This document shows, piece by piece, positions 56,653 to 64,000 of a stretch of DNA of 64,000 nucleotides. Source of the stretch: an uncultured Campylobacterales bacterium (GTDB taxonomy: Bacteria > Campylobacterota > Campylobacteria > Campylobacterales > CAZCQG01). The stretch covers positions 19,383 through 83,382 of the forward strand of contig CAZCQG010000004.1 in the NCBI GenBank assembly GCA_964500775.1, read 5' to 3'. The position numbers and the translations under genes are program-made. The notes beneath the pieces are model-generated. The model saw only the letters and a list, made by a program, of their open reading frames with translations, was not told where the DNA came from and did not search any database. Each line of letters starts with the position of its first letter. Position 1 is the first letter of the stretch.

Positions 56653-57033
56653 TTAACCCTTTTTATCAAAAATTATCCCTACGATCTCTCGCATCTTAGC
56701 CATAAGCTGCATCGCCTCTTCGCTAGGTATTTTTCTAATAACTTTTTGAGAATCCTTTTCAAAAACCGTAACATATAACTCTTCTATATCATCGCTAAAT
56801 CCGAATTCTATGTTTGTATTTAGAGGATTCATCTCCTTGTTGAGCTGTTTGGTGACCTGACTTAGCTCTTGTTTTAAGTCCTCTACTTCTCTTTTTTCTT
56901 CGGTCTTCTTAGACGTCTCGTTGATAACCTGAGTAGTAGTTGACGAAGCTTCCTTGCTTCTATTTCCTTGAGAAGCAGTACCGAGCGCATCCTGTGTAGA
57001 GATTGCGCCTTGTGAAATATTATCGACTCTCAT
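56653..57033 (-). CDS. flaG: Flagellar protein FlaG
   Basis: 126 aa from the ATG at 57033 (MRVDNISQG), with AAGGGG upstream; the track start at 57048 is a TTG inside that RBS. C-terminal FLAG-type pattern (L.F..D.....V.V.D..T.EVIR.IP). Confidence 0.75.
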   Translation of the reverse strand: MRVDNISQGAISTQDALGTASQGNRSKEASSTTTQVINETSKKTEEKREVEDLKQELSQVTKQLNKEMNPLNTNIEFGFSDDIEELYVTVFEKDSQKVIRKIPSEEAMQLMAKMREIVGIIFDKKG

Positions 57034-57066
57034 AATATACCCCTTCAATACATTTCTATGAAAGAA

Positions 57067-57093
57067 ATATCGGCAACGGAAAAAATTTATTTA
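57067..57093 (-). promoter_or_regulatory. Sigma-28 (FliA)-type promoter upstream of flaG-fliD-fliS
   Basis: The minus strand reads TAAA, N15, then GCCGATAT, matching the enterobacterial/Helicobacter sigma-28 consensus TAAA-N15-GCCGATAA. The -10 ends 33 nt upstream of the flaG ATG. Confidence 0.65.
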
Positions 57094-57160
57094 AATTCTA
57101 CCTCAATTATTGTTTAAACAGCTCTCCGAAAATAATAATTTTCTTCTTCACCCATCGTGC

Positions 57161-58381
57161 CTAGTTTAATGCGATTAGCTCCAAAGGATCGATATGTGTA
57201 TTCTTTTTCGTAACCTCAAACGTCAGTTTATTATCAACTCTCCCGATAACGTACCCTTTTTTTACATACGCCCCCTGTTTTACCGTAGGTGCGATAGCGG
57301 AAAGATTTGCATAAACCGTATGGAGATTTCCGGGATGTTCTACTATTACGACTTTGTTGAGCACCGGAGTTTCTTTGGCAAATATCACCTTTCCGTCTAG
57401 GACGCTTTTTACTTTAGCGTCCGATTTTTTGGAGTTGAGAATCACCGATTCGTTAAATACCTTGAGCTTGTAAACGGGATCATAATAGGGACCGAATTTT
57501 TGCTCTATATCAAACTCATCAAGCGGAGCAATGGTCTTTTTACCGCTATATTTCGTAGTGCTCACGGTGTGATACGAGGAAGCAATTTGTCGTACGTCTA
57601 TCACCTCATCTTCTCCGCTTTCGGCTTCTTTGGAAGGTATGCTGCGTTTTTGTGCTTCAAGTTTTGCATTTTTTTCTTGTTCATTTTTTACGAGTTTCAG
57701 CTCTTGCAATATTTTTTTAAGCTCGTTTTTCTCGTTTTCGATAGATAACAACTCTTTTTTATAATTGCTTTTTTTCGAATCTAGCGAAGCGATGATTGTT
57801 TTTCGTTTTTCTCTCAATGTCAAAAGGTTTGTTTTTTTCTTCTCTTGGGATTCGATATATGTTTTTAAATCCGCTATATCATTTTTGAGACGTGCTATCT
57901 TCTCTACCACTTTTATATGTTCGTCTTTTAGCGTATTGATGTCGTTTTTAGCAATATCGCTTATCCCCTTGATCACCTCTTCGGTTATCAAATCATCGGT
58001 ATATGTAGGTGCAAGATTATTACGGATGATCGAAAAAGAGAGTTCTTTTGCAAGAATCTCTACTACTTTTTTTTCTATTTCACGTTTTTTTTCGAGCAAA
58101 CTATCTTGCTCTTCGAGGGCATTGCGGAGTTTTTTATTTTTTATCTCATAATCGGTTCGCGAATCATCTATCGTGATCTCAATCTCTTTAATCTCTCCCG
58201 CGACCTTATCGTACTCCCTTTGCTCGATTAATATCTCTTTAGCTAGTTCGCTTATTTTTTTCCCGAGCATATCCTCTTGGTACTCTTTTTTATCAAGGAG
58301 TTCCTTTTTTTCGGTGATAGAAGTATCGATATTCGCCGATAGTAACAGTGCGGAAAAGAACAAAAAAAAGCCGATTCTCAA
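57161..58381 (-). CDS. EnvC-like murein hydrolase activator (coiled coil plus degenerate M23/LytM domain)
   Basis: 406 aa with a signal peptide and a long coiled coil. The C-terminal LytM fold has YANL and NKLTFEV where active M23 enzymes carry Y.HL and HLHFE. Adjacent to ftsX-ftsE. Confidence 0.7.
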   Translation of the reverse strand: MRIGFFLFFSALLLSANIDTSITEKKELLDKKEYQEDMLGKKISELAKEILIEQREYDKVAGEIKEIEITIDDSRTDYEIKNKKLRNALEEQDSLLEKKREIEKKVVEILAKELSFSIIRNNLAPTYTDDLITEEVIKGISDIAKNDINTLKDEHIKVVEKIARLKNDIADLKTYIESQEKKKTNLLTLREKRKTIIASLDSKKSNYKKELLSIENEKNELKKILQELKLVKNEQEKNAKLEAQKRSIPSKEAESGEDEVIDVRQIASSYHTVSTTKYSGKKTIAPLDEFDIEQKFGPYYDPVYKLKVFNESVILNSKKSDAKVKSVLDGKVIFAKETPVLNKVVIVEHPGNLHTVYANLSAIAPTVKQGAYVKKGYVIGRVDNKLTFEVTKKNTHIDPLELIALN

Positions 58382-58384
58382 AAA

Positions 58385-59191
58385 CTATCTCCTCTCTTTA
58401 CTGATGACAAATAAAACAGTCACAAGCGAAATGCTAAGTGCAACCCCGCACATCACCAAAGCATCACTCAATGGATAGTACACGCTTCCCTCGATACCGA
58501 TTTTTTCCAGTATCTCTTCTACTTTCGGATAACGGAGTGCTTCAAAATAGATATATGCGACAAGTACTGCGCTAATCAAAGCATCTACCATTCCTAGCCT
58601 AAAAAGACGTGCGCTTCGCATCGCAAAAGATGCACCGAAGAGCGACATAATCTCCATCCGCTCAATATGCTCAAATTTCCAAATTTCAACCTGTTTTACC
58701 ATTAGTAAAAACGAAATTATAAAAATAAGTACGGCAAACACCTTTGAGATTCCGTTAATAAAACGCAAAAGTGTGTATGTGTTGGTGTGTGATTTTGCAA
58801 ATGTCTCTACTCTATTCACCCCTTTGATTTTTTTCAATTTTTCTGCCATCCCTTCTAGCTCTTCGGGGCTTGGCAATGTTTGCAACGTGAGTTTATAAAA
58901 TTTCGGTAACGACACTTTCAATAATGCGAGATTCGCCGACGATACGCCGTCTTTGAGTTTTTCCAATACAAAATCGGGTTCGATTTCAATAATCGTATCG
59001 ACACTTTTTATCGTATCTTTCAAGATTCGCGGGTCAAGATCGCTTTGAGCGGCGATGACGATAGAGTAGCTCTCTTTGAGATTCTCCTCATATCCTTTAT
59101 TTACACGCTCCACCGTAAAGTAAAACTGCAATGAAAAAAGGAGGGCAACAAGCGGGATGATGAGAGCGAGATGCTGTTTAAGAAAGTTCAT
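58385..59191 (-). CDS. ftsX: FtsX-like ABC transporter permease
   Basis: 268 aa with an N-terminal TM, a periplasmic domain and three C-terminal TMs. Overlaps ftsE. Confidence 0.7.
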   Translation of the reverse strand: MNFLKQHLALIIPLVALLFSLQFYFTVERVNKGYEENLKESYSIVIAAQSDLDPRILKDTIKSVDTIIEIEPDFVLEKLKDGVSSANLALLKVSLPKFYKLTLQTLPSPEELEGMAEKLKKIKGVNRVETFAKSHTNTYTLLRFINGISKVFAVLIFIISFLLMVKQVEIWKFEHIERMEIMSLFGASFAMRSARLFRLGMVDALISAVLVAYIYFEALRYPKVEEILEKIGIEGSVYYPLSDALVMCGVALSISLVTVLFVISKERR

Positions 59192-59849
59192 ACACCTCTC
59201 CCTCCTCTATGACGATATGCCTAAAGTCAACCCCGAGCGCTTCGGGAATCCTATGCGTCACGACAACCACCGTCATCCCGAGTTGTTCGTTTGCCCCTTT
59301 GAGCAAACTCCATATAAGATCGCTTGAATAGTCATCCAAGTTTCCTGTCGGTTCATCCGCTAATAATAAAACAGGATTATGCGAGAGGGCGCGCGCCATC
59401 GCTACACGCTGCTGTTCCCCGCCGCTTAGCTCTAGGGGATATTTGGTTGCTTTGTGAGAGAGCCTGATGTGCGAGAGGAGATTTTCACACCGACTTTTGC
59501 ACGATTCTCTCCCAAAGCCGTTTATCTCCATCGGGAGCATCACGTTTCTCTCTATATTCCACTCTTTTATAAGTTTATAGTCTTGAAAAACAATACCTAT
59601 GTGGCGGCGGAGTATAGTTCTGCGCTTATTATTGATCTTGCCCATATCGATGCCGCAGACGTTTAGCTCTCCTCCATCTATCCGCAATGCACCGTAGAGC
59701 GATTTGAGCAATGTAGACTTTCCGCTACCGCTCGCTCCGCTAATAAAAACAAAATCCTTGGGCTTGATTCCGAACGTCCCGTTTTTTATGATCGGTTCAC
59801 CCTCTTTGTACGAGATGCGTAAGTCATTCGCCTCTATTATATGATCCAT
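59178..59849 (-). CDS. ftsE: Cell-division ABC transporter ATP-binding protein FtsE
   Basis: 223 aa from the ATG at 59849 (MDHIIEAN), with a [33 protein letters not shown] and [11 protein letters not shown]. The longer track start lies inside trmB. Confidence 0.85.
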   Translation of the reverse strand: MDHIIEANDLRISYKEGEPIIKNGTFGIKPKDFVFISGASGSGKSTLLKSLYGALRIDGGELNVCGIDMGKINNKRRTILRRHIGIVFQDYKLIKEWNIERNVMLPMEINGFGRESCKSRCENLLSHIRLSHKATKYPLELSGGEQQRVAMARALSHNPVLLLADEPTGNLDDYSSDLIWSLLKGANEQLGMTVVVVTHRIPEALGVDFRHIVIEEGEVYELS

Positions 59850-61002
59850 TGAGCAGACTCTCCAAAGCTTTATGCGCGGCATAATTAATTTTCGTATGCA
59901 ACGGTTTTTTGGCGACGTATTTCGCACTTTTTCCATCAACTAAAACAAATAGTGATTCGGGCATATCGTATGCGCCGTATACGGTTTTCACTAAAAATCT
60001 TTTTTCATCGATTGAGTATATCTTGTGTATATGCACAAAATATTCCACACCGCGCAATATCTCTATTCCTCTTAAAGCCTCCCTGTCGGAAAATGATTCT
60101 GCGATAAAGGTAAAATCGCCCTCTTTTTCAACCGCTTCATACTCACTCTCGGAAAGAAAAACAAAATCGTATATATCTTTATTTTGTCGTCTCCATCTCG
60201 CTTCGTATTTACTGGTAATCTCGATTTCGCGATTCTTGTAAATCGAAAGATTAAACTTCGGAATCTTGGAAAACTCATTGAAGCAGTGGTGATAATAATT
60301 GGGCGAATCGGTGCGGACTTCAAGCGTCCCCCCTTTTCTAAGTGCTCTATCGCACTCTTTGATAAAACGCTCGCTTATCACCCTCCGCCCCTCTTTTTTA
60401 TCCCAAGGTACCGGGAAATGGACGAGTATCCGCTCTAACGTAGATTCTTTGAGAAGCTCTACGAATATCCGTGCATCGGTCGCTATGATGTAGAGATTCT
60501 CCAATCCGTGCAGTTCGATATTGCGTATCGCTTGCTCGATAGAGGGTTTATGTATCTCTATCCCTATGACTATCTTGTCCCTATTTTTTTTCGCCAAATC
60601 TAGGAGCATCCGCCCGCTTCCAAATCCAACTTCTAAAATCTTTTGCGCGCTAAAAAACGGTTCTTGCAGGAAAAAATCGGGTGTTACGAGATAGGGTGAG
60701 CAAGTGTTTTGTCTTTGGCAAGAGATGGTAAGGTTTGAAGAAATAATGCGCGAGTCGCTTATCTTTTTAAACGCCTCTAGAGATTCTTTAATGATTCCTA
60801 CGGGAGAGACTCTACTCCCTTTCTCGTATCCGACTTTATAATTATGTGCCCGTTTGACTTTCGTGAGGAAAAACTCTTTCCCTTTATGCCGACATAAAAT
60901 AAGTGCCTCATTTCCCTCTTTTGCTTCAAATAAAAATTTTACACTCTCTTGCTCGGCAGGATAGGCGACCTCCGAGATTTCGGAGGCTAAGAAATGGGGC
61001 AA
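59824..61002 (-). CDS. trmB: tRNA (guanine46-N7)-methyltransferase TrmB with long N-terminal extension
   Basis: 392 aa. SAM site LEVGFGSG and HFPVPWDKK (the canonical FPDPW variant). The N-terminal extension is as in Campylobacter/Helicobacter TrmB. Confidence 0.8.
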   Translation of the reverse strand: MPHFLASEISEVAYPAEQESVKFLFEAKEGNEALILCRHKGKEFFLTKVKRAHNYKVGYEKGSRVSPVGIIKESLEAFKKISDSRIISSNLTISCQRQNTCSPYLVTPDFFLQEPFFSAQKILEVGFGSGRMLLDLAKKNRDKIVIGIEIHKPSIEQAIRNIELHGLENLYIIATDARIFVELLKESTLERILVHFPVPWDKKEGRRVISERFIKECDRALRKGGTLEVRTDSPNYYHHCFNEFSKIPKFNLSIYKNREIEITSKYEARWRRQNKDIYDFVFLSESEYEAVEKEGDFTFIAESFSDREALRGIEILRGVEYFVHIHKIYSIDEKRFLVKTVYGAYDMPESLFVLVDGKSAKYVAKKPLHTKINYAAHKALESLLNGSYNRGE

Positions 61003-61006
61003 AGAA

Positions 61007-62266
61007 TCACTCCCCTATACTTTTGGCTAGGAGAAGTTGCGTCTCGTCGGTCGGCTCGGATTCGATACCAAATCTATCTATTGCGGCGATTGAGTAGCTA
61101 TACTCGATACCGGGGATAATATCGTTATCAACAAAACTATTTCCTTTGATGCCCGTTACCCGTATCGGTTTGCTGAACCAATCTTTTGTTTTTTTATAGA
61201 CGACATATTCGACGGCGCGCTCATCTCCCGCATCCCATTTCAATACCGCTTTGCCATCCTCAATACGCGCTGATGCAAAATGGGGTCGGTTGGGCTTAGC
61301 AAGCGTCATCCCCATTACGCCGTACTCTTGCTTATTTCCTTCGAGTTCGTCTTTGTCGACACCCGTGACTTTATAGAAAAAGACTTTCCCGTCGTCGTTT
61401 ACGTCGTCATCAAAGAAATTTCCCTCCGCAGTCCCTATGGAAAAATAAGGTCCTACCTGAAAATACGATCGGTACACTTTGTAGTGGACGATGTCTTTTT
61501 GTTGCAACGCGTTCCAATTAAGTGTGATTTTTTTCGGGAGGTTGTTCGTCGCGCTTAGGCTCTCAATCGTAGCAGGCAAAGGTTTGGTTTTCGCCTCTAC
61601 CGTGTCACTCGGCGGAGCATCCACGCCGCTATAGGTCGTAGCGACGACGCGGTATCTGTAGGTGTGATCGTCTTTGAGATTTGTATCGATGTACTCTACG
61701 AGCAGACGATTGTTTACTTGGGAGATTTTTTCCCATTTGATAGTGCTCGCATCGTTGCGTTCGATTCTGTATCCGTTTACTTTTTGATTAGGATGGGGTC
61801 TCCAAATGATTTTCACTTGTTTGGGATAATTGCTTATCGCGCTCACGAAACTCACAGGCTCGATAGAGGTCGTCCGATACTTCATAAACGCCGTTTTATT
61901 GGAGATTTGCCCCTCTTGATTATAGGTAGCGATTTGGTAAGCATAGTCGGTACCGGGTTTCAATCCCGTATCTACAAAGTGGGAAGAGTATCGGGAATCG
62001 ATCTTTGCAAGCTGCCCCAACTCTCCCGTATCGACATTGAGTTCGCCTTTGTATATGATGTACCCTTCGACGGCAGGATTTAACACGGGCTCCCACTCAA
62101 AAGCGATGCTTGTGAGATCGCTAATGGCTTTAATCTCTTGGGGTTGCGGTAGTGACGGATTTATCTGCGGTTGTGAAGGTATACTAAGAGACTGTACCGA
62201 TTCACACCCCGCAAAGACAAAAATTAAAACGATCGCGGATAGAATCTTCGCTAAATATCGCATCAT
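61007..62266 (-). CDS. Lipoprotein with repeated fibronectin type III-like domains (FlpA-like)
   Basis: 419 aa. Lipobox LIFVFAGC, then about 4 repeats with the W.P......GY.IYR / Y.Y.V.A pattern. The position next to trmB matches C. jejuni flpA. Confidence 0.65.
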   Translation of the reverse strand: MMRYLAKILSAIVLIFVFAGCESVQSLSIPSQPQINPSLPQPQEIKAISDLTSIAFEWEPVLNPAVEGYIIYKGELNVDTGELGQLAKIDSRYSSHFVDTGLKPGTDYAYQIATYNQEGQISNKTAFMKYRTTSIEPVSFVSAISNYPKQVKIIWRPHPNQKVNGYRIERNDASTIKWEKISQVNNRLLVEYIDTNLKDDHTYRYRVVATTYSGVDAPPSDTVEAKTKPLPATIESLSATNNLPKKITLNWNALQQKDIVHYKVYRSYFQVGPYFSIGTAEGNFFDDDVNDDGKVFFYKVTGVDKDELEGNKQEYGVMGMTLAKPNRPHFASARIEDGKAVLKWDAGDERAVEYVVYKKTKDWFSKPIRVTGIKGNSFVDNDIIPGIEYSYSIAAIDRFGIESEPTDETQLLLAKSIGE

Positions 62267-63176
62267 GTTCCTCCAATGAAAAATTCTCTCGTAAATAGTG
62301 CTTCATATCTTCGTGCATTTTCGCTACAAAGTGGATCTTTTTTCCGGTTCGCGGATGGTTGAGATACAGCAAATACGAGTGTAAAAAAACTCTAGGTATT
62401 GTAGTTGTATCGCCCTTAAATCCGTATAAGCAATCGCCCAAAATATGGCGGTTTATGCTCTCTAGGTGGGCACGTATTTGGTGCGTCCTCCCGCTAAAAA
62501 GTTTTGCCGCGATAAGCTCTTCTTTTTTTTCGTTAGCGGCAACTTTTGCAAAAGCGCTTTTTGATTCCCTCCCCTCTTTTACGACGGACATTTTGAGTCT
62601 ATTTTTCGGATTGCGTCCCAAAGGTTTATCGATGATTATCGAATCTTTGAGCGGCAAATCAATGAGCGCCAAATAGTAACGCCCCAATGTCCGCTCTTTA
62701 AGCTGTGCGGAGAGATTTGCGTGCGCGGCGTTATTTTTTGCGATGGCTATCGCTCCGCTCGTCTCTTTGTCGAGTCGATGGACGATGCCGTGGCGCACCT
62801 CTCCTGCTAGTGTAGAGAGAGCGATGCCCTTTGCTTTGAGCCAATCGACTAGCGTAGATTCCTTTACACTCGGTGCATCGTGTATGACGAGATTTGGCGG
62901 TTTGTTGAGGATGAGGATGTCTTCATCTTCGAAAATGACCTCTATATCAAAATCGATTGCATTTTTTTTCGGAATCTCGGGCGCGGGAAAATCGACCGTT
63001 ATCTCTTGCAGATTTTTTATCTTCGCACCGCACTTTTTCACAATCGCTCCGTCCACCGAAACAAGCCCGTTTTTTATTAACGTCTCGATTTGGTTTCTCG
63101 TGGAGGGAATCTGTGAGGTCAAAAAAACATCAAGTCGCGTTTCGTCACTCGTACAAACAAACTTTTCTTTATTCAT
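62202..63176 (-). CDS. rluD: RluA/RluD-family 23S rRNA pseudouridine synthase
   Basis: 324 aa. N-terminal S4 domain and catalytic HRLDKETSG. The 3' end overlaps the downstream lipoprotein gene by 65 nt. Confidence 0.85.
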   Translation of the reverse strand: MNKEKFVCTSDETRLDVFLTSQIPSTRNQIETLIKNGLVSVDGAIVKKCGAKIKNLQEITVDFPAPEIPKKNAIDFDIEVIFEDEDILILNKPPNLVIHDAPSVKESTLVDWLKAKGIALSTLAGEVRHGIVHRLDKETSGAIAIAKNNAAHANLSAQLKERTLGRYYLALIDLPLKDSIIIDKPLGRNPKNRLKMSVVKEGRESKSAFAKVAANEKKEELIAAKLFSGRTHQIRAHLESINRHILGDCLYGFKGDTTTIPRVFLHSYLLYLNHPRTGKKIHFVAKMHEDMKHYLRENFSLEEHDAIFSEDSIRDRFNFCLCGV

Positions 63177-63230
63177 TAATTTCGCTTTCGCTACAATCTT
63201 TACAAAATTACACCAAGCTAAAGGGCGACT

Positions 63231-64000
63231 TTGTTCGGTATAGATAGGCGGATTCTAACACATTTTGATTTCTTTATACTTGTGCTTATCTTGCCCGTTG
63301 TGCTCACTTCCGCATTTTTGATCGGAGAGATAAACGAAACACTCTCCAATAAGCAATTGATCTACTTTAGTGTCGGTATCATCGCATTTTTGATTTTTTT
63401 CATTATACCGATTCGCAAAGTGATTTGGTTTATCCCTATCGTCTATTGGGTCAATATCGCCCTTTTGATCGCCGTCGATCTTTTTGGGGTATCAAAGCTC
63501 GGTGCACAGAGGTGGCTTGAGATTCCTTTTATCAATTTTACCATTCAGCCCTCCGAGATTATTAAGCCCGCTTTTGTTTTGATGATAGCTTTTCTCATCT
63601 CGCAAAATCCCCCTCCAAGGGGCGGATATGGTGTAAAAGATTTTTTAAAATTAAGTTTTTATATCCTCCTCCCGTTTGTCCTCATACTCAAAGAGCCCGA
63701 TCTCGGGACGGCGATGATATTCCTTATCATCGGATTTGGTCTTCTTTTTGTCATCGGAGTAAATCCTAAGATTTGGATCTCGCTCATAGCCGCCGTCGCT
63801 ATAGCCGCTCCGTTTTTGTACGGTTCGCTGCACGACTACCAAAAGAAAAGAATCCACGACTTCTTAAGCGAAAAACCGAGTTATCACGTCAAACAATCCA
63901 TTATCGCGATAGGTTCGGGTGGACTCTACGGCAAAGACAAAGACGAGGCGACACAGGCGCAACTGAAATTTTTACCCATAGCTACGAGTGATTTTATTTT
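63231..64000 (+). CDS. rodA: SEDS-family peptidoglycan polymerase RodA (5' part; runs off the window)
   Basis: The open frame is not in the track because it has no stop. TTG at 63231 with AAGGG 5 nt upstream. IDRRILTHFDF, GAQRWLEIPF..IQPSEIIKP, EPDLGTA and FLPIATSDFIF. Confidence 0.8.
   Translation, partial: MFGIDRRILTHFDFFILVLILPVVLTSAFLIGEINETLSNKQLIYFSVGIIAFLIFFIIPIRKVIWFIPIVYWVNIALLIAVDLFGVSKLGAQRWLEIPFINFTIQPSEIIKPAFVLMIAFLISQNPPPRGGYGVKDFLKLSFYILLPFVLILKEPDLGTAMIFLIIGFGLLFVIGVNPKIWISLIAAVAIAAPFLYGSLHDYQKKRIHDFLSEKPSYHVKQSIIAIGSGGLYGKDKDEATQAQLKFLPIATSDFI

Noticed and set aside
56653-57048. The track start (TTG 57048) for flaG.
   Set aside because: That TTG lies within the AAGGGG Shine-Dalgarno sequence of the ATG at 57033, and the ATG start gives the conserved MRVDNIS N-terminus.
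62202-62266. The 65-nt overlap between the rluD 3' end and the start of the FlpA-like lipoprotein gene, as a possible frameshift or fusion.
   Set aside because: Both frames are intact. The lipoprotein needs the upstream ATG to encode its signal peptide and lipobox, and the RluD catalytic core is complete. I treat it as a genuine overlap with an unremarkable C-terminal tail.

Overview
This 64-kb chromosomal segment looks like a Campylobacterota (Campylobacter-like) genome by gene content and local synteny. Recognisable blocks are ccoNOQP plus small accessory ORFs, ileS, a 4-tRNA operon (Lys-Glu-Val-Asp), ctc-pth-lptF/G-like, tal-serB, cheW-cheA(Y)-cheV, and argC-glmU. They continue with motA-motB-fliP, trmA-dnaX, trpD-like-tsaE-lptB-rpoN, queH-fabZ-lpxA-clpX-mreB, a nucleotide-sugar dehydrogenase/epimerase pair, panC and prfB. 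The right end holds flaG-fliD-fliS, envC-like-ftsX-ftsE-trmB-flpA-like-rluD and the 5' part of rodA. Coding density is high and many neighbours overlap by a few nt. I saw no rRNA, CRISPR array, transposase, integrase or phage structural gene. Three things are not explained by ordinary housekeeping. (1) At the extreme left edge (64-1821) an orphan ParA/MinD-type ATPase is tightly coupled to a single-domain RelA/SpoT (small alarmone synthetase-like) protein; this is my best candidate for an undescribed toxin-antitoxin or defence-type system. (2) A 268-nt intergenic element at 49997-50264 has a 33-bp closing inverted repeat enclosing two long imperfect hairpins (three-way junction), and matches no RNA or mobile-element family I recognise. 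(3) Downstream of rpoN, a histidine-kinase-like membrane protein has a degenerate phospho-His position and no visible ATP-binding boxes, and overlaps a stand-alone receiver gene. Smaller oddities include unlisted small membrane ORFs, slippery A-runs in dnaX, a SIMPL-like gene whose signal peptide precedes any canonical start codon, and domain extensions on the TrpD-like protein and QueH. All functional calls come from motif recognition by eye on the supplied translations; no database search or folding program was run.
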